The notes under the pieces are model-generated. The model did no database searches. It saw nothing but the letters and a program-made list of their open reading frames with translations, and was not told the origin of the DNA. 30,071 nucleotides of DNA. It comes from Hydrurus foetidus (lineage: Eukaryota). Shown piece after piece: positions 17,472 through 26,243 of the stretch (its first letter is position 1; each line of letters begins with the position of its first letter). The stretch is taken from contig UYFQ01000023.1 in NCBI GenBank assembly GCA_900617105.1, forward strand, positions 744,001 through 774,071, in the 5' to 3' direction. The position numbers and the translations under genes were made by a program.

Positions 17472-18503
17472 TTATTTTTGTGAGTTTGGAAAAGCCAGCA
17501 CGGCTTGCCATGCTTGCCAAACGGCATCCACCGGCGGACACGGCGAGGCAAACACGCTGCACTGGCGCGGCGCATGCGGCCCGGTGCGCCACGCGGTATC
17601 AAAGTTGTAAAGCTGCACATGGGGCAAATCCAGTGCGACGGCGATGTGGCTGAGGCCACTGTCCACGCCAATTACACCGGCAGTGCGGGCCAGTTGGTCG
17701 GTTAAAACGTCCAGCTGCAGGCGCGGCCAGATGTGGACGCGGCGGTCGTTCAACGCGGTGCGGATGCGGTAGCTGCGCACTTCCTCTTCGTCATTGCCGT
17801 GCAGCAGGGCGATGCTGTGGCCCTCGCGCATCAGCCGCTGAGCCAGCGCCACCCAGTGCGCCTCGGGCCAGAGTTTGTCCGCACGGGAGGTGCCATGAAC
17901 CAGGGCGACGACGACACTGTAGGGCGTGTTAAATACTATGGAATTAATAGCTGGGTGTGCATGTGGAGCCTTTGCCAGAAGCCCATAGTACGGTTCATCC
18001 TGCGCTGAACCTGTGGACACAGCGTAGCCCAAGGCTTGGGCACACAAGGCGCGGCCACGCTGCACGGCGCTGCTGTGCGGCGTGACGGTGATCGCGGTAT
18101 CTGCCACCCAGCGCGTGGGGGCTTCGTAGCTGGAGCCATCGGTGCGGTTGGCCAAGGCATAGCGCAGCCCTTGGGGCCCAAGTTGCGCGAGTCGGGCAAC
18201 CAAGGCGGATTTGGTCAGACCTTGCAGGTCGATCACCGCGTCGTACTTTTCCGATTGCAGCTCGGCTTTAAAGCTACGCCAGGCTTGACGGGTGCTAGTT
18301 GAGAACAGTTTTTTGCGCCACGCCCGCAGGTTGCAGGCGATGACGCGGTGCACCCCTTCGCAGCGGCTGACCAGCGGAGCAAAGCCGGGCTCCACCACCC
18401 AGTCGATCTGGGCATAGGGGAAGGCGCGGCGAATGTCCTGCACGGCAGGCATGGCGTGAACCACGTCGCCCAAGGACGAGAGTTTGACGATGAGAATTTT
18501 CAT
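17472..18503 (-). CDS. waaC: Lipopolysaccharide heptosyltransferase I
   Basis: MKILIVKLSSLGDVVH, IDLQGLTKSA, HGTSRADKLWP and GVDSGLSHIA; start at ATG 18503. Confidence 0.92.
   Translation of the reverse strand: MKILIVKLSSLGDVVHAMPAVQDIRRAFPYAQIDWVVEPGFAPLVSRCEGVHRVIACNLRAWRKKLFSTSTRQAWRSFKAELQSEKYDAVIDLQGLTKSALVARLAQLGPQGLRYALANRTDGSSYEAPTRWVADTAITVTPHSSAVQRGRALCAQALGYAVSTGSAQDEPYYGLLAKAPHAHPAINSIVFNTPYSVVVALVHGTSRADKLWPEAHWVALAQRLMREGHSIALLHGNDEEEVRSYRIRTALNDRRVHIWPRLQLDVLTDQLARTAGVIGVDSGLSHIAVALDLPHVQLYNFDTAWRTGPHAPRQCSVFASPCPPVDAVWQAWQAVLAFPNSQK
17934..17983. repeat. Dispersed palindromic-core repeat, copy 4 (inside the waaC interdomain linker)
   Basis: TACTAT(17934-17939)-N8-TAGCT(17948-17952)-N5-TGCA(17958-17961); an AT-rich patch in a GC-rich gene, encoding LAKAPHAHPAINSIV. 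Confidence 0.6.
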
Positions 18504-18540
18504 AGCAAGCACAGAGGCTTCACTCTTCACGCCCTCTCCC

Positions 18541-19929
18541 TCAATGTGCGCTGGCCTCGAATTGCGCATCCGGCTTCACTGTGCGCAGCAGCGCCAGCAT
18601 GTCCGCCTGGATGCGGTGCAGCGCGGCTTCGGTGTGGCCCTCAAAGCGCAGCACCAGCACGGGGGTGGTGTTCGAGGCGCGGATCAGCCCAAAGCCATCG
18701 GGCCAATCGACGCGCAGGCCGTCGATGTCAGATATCACCGCTGGCGACGCGAACGTGGCTGCCGCTTTGGCTTGCAGCGCGGCGGTGACGCTGTGGGGTT
18801 CGCCCTCAGCACAGGGCACGTTCAACTCGGGCGTGGAAAAGCTGGTGGGCAGCGCGTTCAGCACGGCGTTGGCATCGGGGGATTGGCTCAAGATTTCCAG
18901 CAGACGCGCACCAGCGTAGGTGCCGTCGTCAAAGCCGAACCAGCGTTCTTTGAAGAAGATATGGCCGCTCATCTCGCCACCCAGCGGGGAATCAATTTCT
19001 TTCATCTTGGCTTTGATGAGCGAATGCCCGGTCTTGTACATCAGCGGCTTGCCACCGGCTGCCGTGATGGTGGGGGCGAGGCGCTGCGAGCATTTCACGT
19101 CAAACAAAATCGTGCCACCGGGGACACGGCTCAGCACGTCTTGTGCAAACAGGCCCATTTGGCGATCCGGGTAGATGTTGTTGCCGTCTTTGGTGACGAT
19201 ACCCAGGCGGTCGCCGTCGCCGTCGAACGCCAGGCCGAGTTCAGCGTCACCGGTTTGCAGCGCGGCGATCAAATCCTTCAGGTTTTCGGGCTTGCTGGGG
19301 TCAGGGTGGTGGTTGGGGAAGTTGCCATCAACTTCGCTGAACAGCTCGGTCACTTCGCAGCCCAGGGCGCGGAAGATGGCCGGGGCGGAAGCGCCCGCAA
19401 TGCCGTTACCGCAGTCCATCACGATTTTCATGGGGCGGGCCAGCTTCACGTCGCTTGCGATACGGTCGCGGTACGGGGCTTCGAGGTTGATGTTTTTGAC
19501 GCTGCCACCAGCTTGAAGCACCCAGGTTTCGTCCGCCATCATCTGGCGCAGGGCTTGGATTTCGTCGCCGTAGATGGCGCGGCCCCCCATCACCATTTTG
19601 AAGCCGTTGTAGTCTTTCGGGTTGTGGCTGCCCGTGACCTGAATGCCGCTTTGGCACAGGGTGTTGGCCGCAAAGTACACCATCGGGGTGGTGACGGTGC
19701 CAATGTCGATGACCTCAATACCGGCCGCCACCAAGCCCCGCACCAACGCCGCGCTTAAGCTGGGGCCACTCAAGCGCCCATCACGGCCCACGGCCACGGT
19801 TTTTTGACCTTCAGCGCGGGCGACAGTGCCAAAAGCACGGCCTAGCGCCTCGGCGACAGCCTCGGTCAAGGTCGTGGGGACGACACCACGGATGTCGTAG
19901 GCTTTGAAGATGGTGGGGGAAAGCTGCAT
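18541..19929 (-). CDS. Phosphomannomutase/phosphoglucomutase (AlgC-type)
   Basis: FKAYDIRG, TGSHNP phosphoserine loop, FDGDGDR metal loop, GEMSGH and RASNT. Confidence 0.95.
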   Translation of the reverse strand: MQLSPTIFKAYDIRGVVPTTLTEAVAEALGRAFGTVARAEGQKTVAVGRDGRLSGPSLSAALVRGLVAAGIEVIDIGTVTTPMVYFAANTLCQSGIQVTGSHNPKDYNGFKMVMGGRAIYGDEIQALRQMMADETWVLQAGGSVKNINLEAPYRDRIASDVKLARPMKIVMDCGNGIAGASAPAIFRALGCEVTELFSEVDGNFPNHHPDPSKPENLKDLIAALQTGDAELGLAFDGDGDRLGIVTKDGNNIYPDRQMGLFAQDVLSRVPGGTILFDVKCSQRLAPTITAAGGKPLMYKTGHSLIKAKMKEIDSPLGGEMSGHIFFKERWFGFDDGTYAGARLLEILSQSPDANAVLNALPTSFSTPELNVPCAEGEPHSVTAALQAKAAATFASPAVISDIDGLRVDWPDGFGLIRASNTTPVLVLRFEGHTEAALHRIQADMLALLRTVKPDAQFEASAH

Positions 19930-20001
19930 GGTAAAGAACTCAACGAAAAGTCGAAAAAGATGCCCATTGGCACATGTCCACAGAATTGTAGGAGGTGATA
20001 G

Positions 20002-20033
20002 TTCGATACTTTTTCAGCAATGGCAGTATCGAA
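20002..20033. promoter_or_regulatory. Inverted repeat in the divergent promoter region between the PMM/PGM gene and ada-alkA
   Basis: TTCGATACT-N14-AGTATCGAA. Confidence 0.3.
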
Positions 20034-20152
20034 AAAGGGGGTCATAGGCACCGGCTAAAGCCTATAAGACCGATCATATTAGACGATGTAGGCACCGTTC
20101 ACATGTCCGAAAACGGCGAGTACAACCCCAGCAAGCCGATACCATCGCCCCT

Positions 20153-21670
20153 ATGCCCACCCCGCAGTACTCACATCTTTGCGTCCCGCCCGCCATCAGC
20201 GACGATGCCTGTTACCTCGCCATGCAGGCCCGGGACGCGCGGTTTGATGGGCGGTTTTTCACAGCAGTGACTTCCACGGGCATTTACTGCCGCCCGGTGT
20301 GCAAAGTGCGTTGCCCCAAGCGGGAGAATTGCCGCTTTTTTGGTCACGCGGCGCAGGCTGAGCAGGCGGGGTTTCGGCCTTGTTTGCGGTGTCGGCCTGA
20401 GTTGGCGCCGCATTCGGTGGTGTGGTCGATCCAGGATGCGTCGTACATCTTGGCGCACCAAGCGGCGCGGTTGCTGGATGAACCAGAGGCTTGGACGGAT
20501 GTGGCCCCATCGGTGGAAGCTCTGGCGAAACGCCTGGGTGTGAGTGACCGGCATGTGCGGCGAATTTTTGAAGCACAGTTCGGAGTGTCGCCGCTGCAAT
20601 ACCTGCAAACCCGGCGCTTGCTGACGGCCAAGCAACTGCTGGCGGACACGGCTTTGCCCGTCACGCAGGTGGCGCTTATCAGCGGGTTTGGCAGTTTGCG
20701 GCGGTTTAACGCGGCGTTTGTGGGGCATTACGGGCTGAACCCCACCCAATTGCGACGGGCTGGCACACCGCAAGACGCTGGGGTGGCAACGGGCAGCATC
20801 ACCGTGAAACTGGCCTACCGCCCACCTTATGACGTGGACGCGATGCTGGCCTTCATCGCCAAGCGCTGCATCAATGCTATTGAATTCGTAGCTACCGACG
20901 CAAATAAAACATACACAGGGCGCACTTTTCGTGTGGAATCCGGCGGCAAAATCCACAGCGGGTGGCTGCTGGCGCGGTTTGACGAGGCGCACTGCCACGT
21001 CGTGTTGCAGGTCAGTGATTCCTTGCGCGAGGTGCTGCCACTGGTGATTCGCCGCGTGCGGGCGGTGCTGGATTTGGACGCTGACCCCAGTGCCATCAAC
21101 CCGGTGCTGCACGCCAGCTTCCCCGAGGGCGATGCCCTGCGCGTGCCGGGCACAGTGGACGGTTTTGAGTTGGCCGTGCGTGCCGTGCTGGGTCAGCAGA
21201 TCACCGTGGCAGCGGCCCGTACGCTGGCACAGCGGCTGGTGGACAAGTTCGGCGAGGCCATCCACACGCCCTTCCCTGCGCTGACCCGGCTGTTCCCAAC
21301 GGCTGCCGTGCTGGCGAAGGCCAGTGGCGATGCGCTGGGGCAGTTGGGCATCGTCAAGCAGCGCCAAGCGGCGATCCAAGCCATCGCGCAGGCGGTGGTT
21401 GACAAGCGCTTGCAGCTGCACAGCGGCGCGGATATCCCCAGCACCGTCACCGCGCTGAAAGCCCTGCCCGGCATTGGCGACTGGACAGCGCAGTACATCG
21501 CCATGCGAGCGCTGCGCTGGCCCGATGCCTTCCCTGCCGGGGACGTGGCGCTGCACAAGGCGCTGGGGGTGCAGGGAAGGAAGCAGGCAGCACGCGAGGC
21601 CGAAGCCGCGTCACAAGCCTGGAAGCCGTGGCGCAGCTACGCGGTGATTCGGGCGTGGACGACGCTTTAG
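20153..21670 (+). CDS. alkA: Ada metal-binding/AraC plus AlkA DNA-3-methyladenine glycosylase II fusion
   Basis: ARDARFDG..F, TGIYCRPVC, GFRPCLRCRPE, AraC HTH, AlkA N-domain (LAYRPPYD), VLGQQI, HhH LPGIGDWTA and DAFPAGD. Confidence 0.92.
   Translation: MPTPQYSHLCVPPAISDDACYLAMQARDARFDGRFFTAVTSTGIYCRPVCKVRCPKRENCRFFGHAAQAEQAGFRPCLRCRPELAPHSVVWSIQDASYILAHQAARLLDEPEAWTDVAPSVEALAKRLGVSDRHVRRIFEAQFGVSPLQYLQTRRLLTAKQLLADTALPVTQVALISGFGSLRRFNAAFVGHYGLNPTQLRRAGTPQDAGVATGSITVKLAYRPPYDVDAMLAFIAKRCINAIEFVATDANKTYTGRTFRVESGGKIHSGWLLARFDEAHCHVVLQVSDSLREVLPLVIRRVRAVLDLDADPSAINPVLHASFPEGDALRVPGTVDGFELAVRAVLGQQITVAAARTLAQRLVDKFGEAIHTPFPALTRLFPTAAVLAKASGDALGQLGIVKQRQAAIQAIAQAVVDKRLQLHSGADIPSTVTALKALPGIGDWTAQYIAMRALRWPDAFPAGDVALHKALGVQGRKQAAREAEAASQAWKPWRSYAVIRAWTTL
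20875..20923. repeat. Dispersed palindromic-core repeat, copy 5 (inside alkA)
   Basis: TGCTAT(20875-20880)-N8-TAGCT(20889-20893)-N5-CGCA(20899-20902); an AT-rich patch encoding AIEFVATDANKTYTG. Confidence 0.6.
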
Positions 21671-21672
21671 GC

Positions 21673-21700
21673 CACTATTAATTACATAGCAATTTAAGCT
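21673..21700. repeat. Dispersed palindromic-core repeat, copy 6 (alkA-ogt spacer; degenerate)
   Basis: CACTAT-TAATTAC-ATAGCA core, which closely resembles the reverse complement of the waaC core (AGCTATTAATTCCATAGTA). Confidence 0.4.
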
Positions 21701-21743
21701 TATATTGATTAATAAAAATTGATATTTCATTGGATATTTACCT

Positions 21744-22328
21744 ATGCATTTCTCTGCTACCACGGTGAAAACCGCCTTCCTCAGCCCGCTAGGGGCCGTC
21801 ACGGTGGCAGCGACCGATAAAGGGCTTGCCGGTGTCTGGTTCAACGGCCAGCGGCACCTGCCCGATTTCGCCCCCTGGCCGCTGGCCCCCACACACCCGG
21901 TGCTGGTGGAGACGGTGGCCCAATTGCAGGCGTACTTCGCGGGCACGCGACTTGATTTCGATTTGCCTCTCGACTTGCACAGCGGCACCACGTTCCAGCA
22001 GGCGGTGTGGCACGCTTTGTTGACGATTGCACCGGGCAATACCACCAGCTATGGCGCGTTGAGTGCGGCCATCGGCAAGCCCAAAGCTGTACGGGCCTTG
22101 GGCGCGGCGGTAGGGCGCAACCCCATCAGCATCATCGTGCCCTGCCACCGAGTGCTGGGCGGGGATGGCTCGTTGACGGGATATGCCGGGGGGCTGGAGC
22201 GCAAAGTGGCGCTGCTCAAGCTCGAAGGGGTGCAATCAGCGACACCCGGTGCCCACGGATTCGTGTACGCTGCACGCCCGACTACCCGCATCTTGCCATC
22301 GCCCCCCACGACCGAAAGCCTGTTTTGA
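21744..22328 (+). CDS. ogt: Methylated-DNA--protein-cysteine S-methyltransferase
   Basis: SPLG, FQQAVW, TTSYG, RALGAAVGRNP, active-site PCHRV and GYAGG. Confidence 0.93.
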   Translation: MHFSATTVKTAFLSPLGAVTVAATDKGLAGVWFNGQRHLPDFAPWPLAPTHPVLVETVAQLQAYFAGTRLDFDLPLDLHSGTTFQQAVWHALLTIAPGNTTSYGALSAAIGKPKAVRALGAAVGRNPISIIVPCHRVLGGDGSLTGYAGGLERKVALLKLEGVQSATPGAHGFVYAARPTTRILPSPPTTESLF

Positions 22329-23269
22329 GCTTACCCCATTCGCCCTCTGCTGCCGTACCGCCCTCTCAACCTTGGCTGATCGATTTCCTCTTGTTATCGG
22401 CCATTTGGGGGGCGTCTTTTTTGTTCATACGCCTCGGAACATTGGAGTTTGGTGCACTCCCCACTGCTGCTGTGCGGGTGACGATTGCGGCTGTGTTTTT
22501 GCTGCCGCTGCTGGTATGGCGGGGCTTGGGCGGTGAATTGATACAGCACTGGAAGCCGGTGTTTTTCGCGGGAATATTGAATTCAGCCATACCGTTTGCA
22601 TGCTTCTCGTTTGCGCTACTGTCTATCACCACAGGCTTATCAGCCATTTTGAACGCCACGGTGCCGCTGTTTGGGGCCATCGTCGCCTGGGTCTGGCTGA
22701 AAGACACACTGAACAGTTCACGCACGCTGGGTTTGCTGGTCGGGTTTGCCGGAGTGGCCATGCTGGCTTGGGACAAGGCCAGCTTCAAACCAGATGCCTC
22801 GGGCATTGCCCCGGGCTGGGCTGTACTGGCGTGTTTGTTAGCCACGCTGTGCTACGCATTGGCGGCCAGTTACGCCAAACGCTATTTGATGGGTTTGCGT
22901 CCTTTGGTGACTGCCACAGGCAGCCAGCTGGGTGCTGCGCTGGGGCTCGCCTTGCCCGCATGGTGGCTTTGGCCTCCCCACATGCCCAGTGCCAAAGCCT
23001 GGATGGCGTTGCTGGCCTTGGGCGTGGTGTGTACCGGACTTGCCTATGTCCTGTATTTTCGATTGATCGAGCGGGCCGGGCCTGCACGGGCGTTGACGGT
23101 GCCGTTCTTGGTGCCTGTCTTTGCTGTTGCCTATGGCATGCTTTTTGTTGGTGAGGCCGTCACGTCGTGGATGCTGGTGTGCGGCGCGGTGATTTTGTGC
23201 GGTACGGGACTGGCAACAGGTTTGGTTCGGCTGCCTTTGAAATCGCTGTTCAAGCGGCCATCACCGTAA
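22325..23269 (+). CDS. DMT/EamA family transporter
   Basis: LSAIWGASFLF, ILNATVPLF and about 10 hydrophobic segments. The probable TTG start at 22325 overlaps the ogt stop (TTGA); start is uncertain. Confidence 0.85.
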   Translation: MSLPHSPSAAVPPSQPWLIDFLLLSAIWGASFLFIRLGTLEFGALPTAAVRVTIAAVFLLPLLVWRGLGGELIQHWKPVFFAGILNSAIPFACFSFALLSITTGLSAILNATVPLFGAIVAWVWLKDTLNSSRTLGLLVGFAGVAMLAWDKASFKPDASGIAPGWAVLACLLATLCYALAASYAKRYLMGLRPLVTATGSQLGAALGLALPAWWLWPPHMPSAKAWMALLALGVVCTGLAYVLYFRLIERAGPARALTVPFLVPVFAVAYGMLFVGEAVTSWMLVCGAVILCGTGLATGLVRLPLKSLFKRPSP

Positions 23270-24287
23270 CGCGGTCGCGGCCACCGGTTTTGGAGGCGTA
23301 CAGGGCGCGGTCGGCACGCTCCAGGAATTCGCGGACTTCTTCGCCAGCGCGGTAAAGGGTCACGCCCAAAGAGACGGTGACTTTGGCCAGCGCTTCGTCG
23401 GCACCTTGGCGGCGGATGCGACTGCGGGAAACAGCAGAGCGGATCTTTTCAGCCATCGTCGTGGCATCGGGCAGCATGGCGCGAGGCAGCAGAATGGAAA
23501 ACTCTTCGCCGCCGGTACGCGCCGCTACGCTGTCTGGGCCTGCACAAGCTTTGAGCACCTGGGCCACTGCGCGCAGCACTTGGTCGCCAAAGCTGTGGCC
23601 GTAGGTGTCGTTGACGCGCTTAAAGTGGTCAATGTCTGCCGTGACCAAGCAGGGCATGTCGTTAGCACCGCCAAGCTGTGCGCCTGTCAGGCAAAGCGAC
23701 AGCTGCTGGTCAAAGGCACGGCGGTTAGCGAGGCCGGTCAAGCTGTCTACCAAGGATTCATGGCGGGTACGCAAGACCTCTTCACGCAGCACGGAGATTT
23801 CTCGCTGGCTGTTTTCCAGGCTGCGCTGCAAGTCGGCCATGGTGGCGTTCATTTCGCGGGTGCTTTGCAGCATGTCAGCCACGGCTTGGGGGGTTTGATT
23901 GTCTTGGTGGACATCACTGGCTTGCAAAATGTCGTTCAACTTGGTGAGCGAGCTGCCGTATTTGGCGGTTTGATCGCCCGCCTCAGCCGCAGACAGGGCC
24001 ATGCCACTCAAAATGCGCTGAAAACCATCAGCCACCTTTTTGGCGGCTTGAGGGTCAATTTCAGTCACATGTTGACGAAACAGGGCTTCGGTCACAGCTT
24101 CGTCGAGCTGTCCGTGGCGTGCCAAATGGCTGTCTACCGCCTGCCGCAGCTCAGGGGTGCGCTTGGCCACGTAGTCGTACCACACGGCATAACTGATGGG
24201 GTGCAGCGCTGTGGCCTGCTTGGACATCAAAGGCAAAGCCATGCGCAGGTACTCGGTGCTGCGTTCCAAGGTATCGGAGTAGTTCAC
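23250..24287 (-). CDS. Cytoplasmic coiled-coil GGEEF diguanylate cyclase
   Basis: HPISYAVWYDY N-domain, coiled coil, DSLTGLANRRAFD, DIDHFKRVNDTYGH and RTGGEEF; GTG start with AGGA upstream. Confidence 0.9.
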   Translation of the reverse strand: MNYSDTLERSTEYLRMALPLMSKQATALHPISYAVWYDYVAKRTPELRQAVDSHLARHGQLDEAVTEALFRQHVTEIDPQAAKKVADGFQRILSGMALSAAEAGDQTAKYGSSLTKLNDILQASDVHQDNQTPQAVADMLQSTREMNATMADLQRSLENSQREISVLREEVLRTRHESLVDSLTGLANRRAFDQQLSLCLTGAQLGGANDMPCLVTADIDHFKRVNDTYGHSFGDQVLRAVAQVLKACAGPDSVAARTGGEEFSILLPRAMLPDATTMAEKIRSAVSRSRIRRQGADEALAKVTVSLGVTLYRAGEEVREFLERADRALYASKTGGRDRVTVMAA

Positions 24288-24491
24288 AAAAGTCCTTTGT
24301 CTATGCTCTTCAACAACTTTGTATAGGACAAATATTAAAACAATTACGCTTATTTGCCAAATTACAAAGGGTTACGCATGTTTTGTAGGGGTATTGTCGA
24401 TTCTCAATCACTCACAGTGTCGCGCTTAGAGAATGAGTCCACCCTATGTATTAATCCCAGCTTGTTTTCTGGATGAAAGCTTGCAGGTAAC

Positions 24492-25595
24492 ATGACTTCA
24501 CCCACTTGTGCAACTCACCCACCCATGACTGAAAAAGCACCTCAACGAGAACGGCCTGAAAAACCGACACTCACCTACCCATTCGAATCGCCGCCCGAGA
24601 CAGGCCAAGTGATTGAGATCGCGCCCGGCGTGGTCTGGATGCGCATGCCACTGCCCATGGCCCTCAACCACATCAATGTTTGGGGTCTTGAAGACAATGA
24701 TGGCTGGGCGGTGGTTGACACCGGCATGCGTACCGACGAAACCCTGGCTGCATGGCGTGCGCTGTTTGCAAGTGCGGCGGAACAACGCCCGTTGACACGG
24801 GTCTTTGGAACCCATATGCACCCTGACCACATCGGCATGGCCGGTTGGTTGACACGTAAATTCAACTGCCGCCTATGGATGACGCGGCTGGAATACCTGA
24901 ACTGCCGCGTGCTGACAGCGGATACAGGCCGCGAAGCCCCCGAAGAAGGTGTCTTGTTTTACCGCAGGGCAGGCTGGAGCACCGGAGCCATTGAAAACTA
25001 CCAAGCCCGCTTTGGTAATTTTGGCAAAAGCATCTACGCCCTGCCTGACAGCTACCGCCGTATCACGGACGGTGAAGAAATCCGAATCGGGGCCCACACT
25101 TGGCGTGTGATCGTTGGCACGGGCCATTCGCCCGAGCATGCTTGCTTGTACTGCGCTGATTTGAAATTACTGATCTCAGGCGACCAGGTGTTGCCTCGCA
25201 TTTCGTCCAACGTGTCTGTTCACCCGACAGAGCCGGATGCCGACCCTATGCGGGAATGGCTGGAGTCACTGGCCAAACTCAAGCGCGAGGTACCCGATGA
25301 CGTGCTGGTGTTGCCGTCGCACAATGAATGCTTTCGCGGACTGCACGCTCGGTTGGACTATCTGATCACATCGCAGGAATACACGCTGGAAAAGCTGCGT
25401 GCCATGCTCAATGAGCCTCAACGTGCCGTGGATGTATTCACCGCACTTTTTGGCCGCAGTATTGACGAGACAAACGGCAGCCTGCTGAACTTGGCGACAG
25501 GTGAAAGCCTGGCCTGCCTGAACTATCTGCTGCACCGTGGCGAGATTAGACGCGAGCTTGATGGTTCTGGCGTGGCGCAATACCAAACACGCTGA
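24492..25595 (+). CDS. Metallo-beta-lactamase-fold hydrolase
   Basis: RMPLPMALNHIN, VDTG, THMHPDH (HxHxDH), GHSPEH, SGDQVLP and PSH. Confidence 0.9.
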   Translation: MTSPTCATHPPMTEKAPQRERPEKPTLTYPFESPPETGQVIEIAPGVVWMRMPLPMALNHINVWGLEDNDGWAVVDTGMRTDETLAAWRALFASAAEQRPLTRVFGTHMHPDHIGMAGWLTRKFNCRLWMTRLEYLNCRVLTADTGREAPEEGVLFYRRAGWSTGAIENYQARFGNFGKSIYALPDSYRRITDGEEIRIGAHTWRVIVGTGHSPEHACLYCADLKLLISGDQVLPRISSNVSVHPTEPDADPMREWLESLAKLKREVPDDVLVLPSHNECFRGLHARLDYLITSQEYTLEKLRAMLNEPQRAVDVFTALFGRSIDETNGSLLNLATGESLACLNYLLHRGEIRRELDGSGVAQYQTR

Positions 25596-25632
25596 TTGAA
25601 TGCTGTGGGGCCGGTCGCCAACTGCTGCGAAG

Positions 25633-25664
25633 CCCCACACCGAGGTTATGGCCTTGGTGTGGGG
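25633..25664. terminator. GC-rich hairpin between convergent genes (terminator or REP-like)
   Basis: CCCCACACCGAGG-ttatgg-CCTTGGTGTGGGG, a 13-bp stem with one G-U pair; no U-tract. Confidence 0.45.
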
Positions 25665-25706
25665 AGCCCGGTTGATGATTGCACGCCATCGTCGCGGTGG
25701 GTACTT

Positions 25707-26216
25707 TCAGAAGCCGGACGAGACCATTTCAACCACGGGGGCATCGCGGCCAACGGTCCACGCCAGCTTGCGGTAGCCATTGCCGCCGACATCTTCTGCA
25801 ATAACTGTTATGCCACTGTCATAAAGGAAGTCGAGAACCCAGTCGGCATTTTTTGCACCAACGTGGGTGGTGCTGAACATTTGCGGAAACATATTGCCGC
25901 CGCCATAGACGTAGGCATGGCACCGCTGCGCAGGGATACCAATACCCATCATGCGATCGAACATGTCTTGCATAGCCACTTCACCAAAACTGGTGTTGTG
26001 AATATTGGCCGCGTTGGGGCGCCCTATATGCACGATATGGCACATAGCACCTACCGTGCGACGCGGGTCGGTGAGAATCACGCTTACACATGAGCCCAAC
26101 AAAGTTTTTAGCTGATCGCCAGCAAACGCCAGTACAACCTCACCCGGCATCAGCTCGGTGGCCTTGGCCACGTTTGCCGTAACGATGGGCTGTGGTTTAC
26201 GGCGTTCGATAAGCAT
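25707..26216 (-). CDS. cheD: CheD-family chemoreceptor glutamine deamidase
   Basis: LMPGE, TLLGSCVSV (catalytic Cys), MCHIV (His), YGGGNMF, VGAKN and EDVGGNGYRK. Confidence 0.85.
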   Translation of the reverse strand: MLIERRKPQPIVTANVAKATELMPGEVVLAFAGDQLKTLLGSCVSVILTDPRRTVGAMCHIVHIGRPNAANIHNTSFGEVAMQDMFDRMMGIGIPAQRCHAYVYGGGNMFPQMFSTTHVGAKNADWVLDFLYDSGITVIAEDVGGNGYRKLAWTVGRDAPVVEMVSSGF

Positions 26217-26243
26217 AAGTGGGTACTAAGGCAGCTGTGCCAA

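Noticed and set aside
18490..18507. Seventh repeat copy at the waaC start (TGCTATGAAAATT on the - strand)
   Set aside because: Only a half-site; the second arm is absent and the sequence is explained by the Met-Lys-Ile codons.
22007..22324. 106-aa N-terminal extension of the EamA ORF; likewise the ORF-track extensions of waaA, waaC, the receiver gene and panD
   Set aside because: They overlap neighbouring genes or spacers, and family motifs begin at the downstream starts used here.
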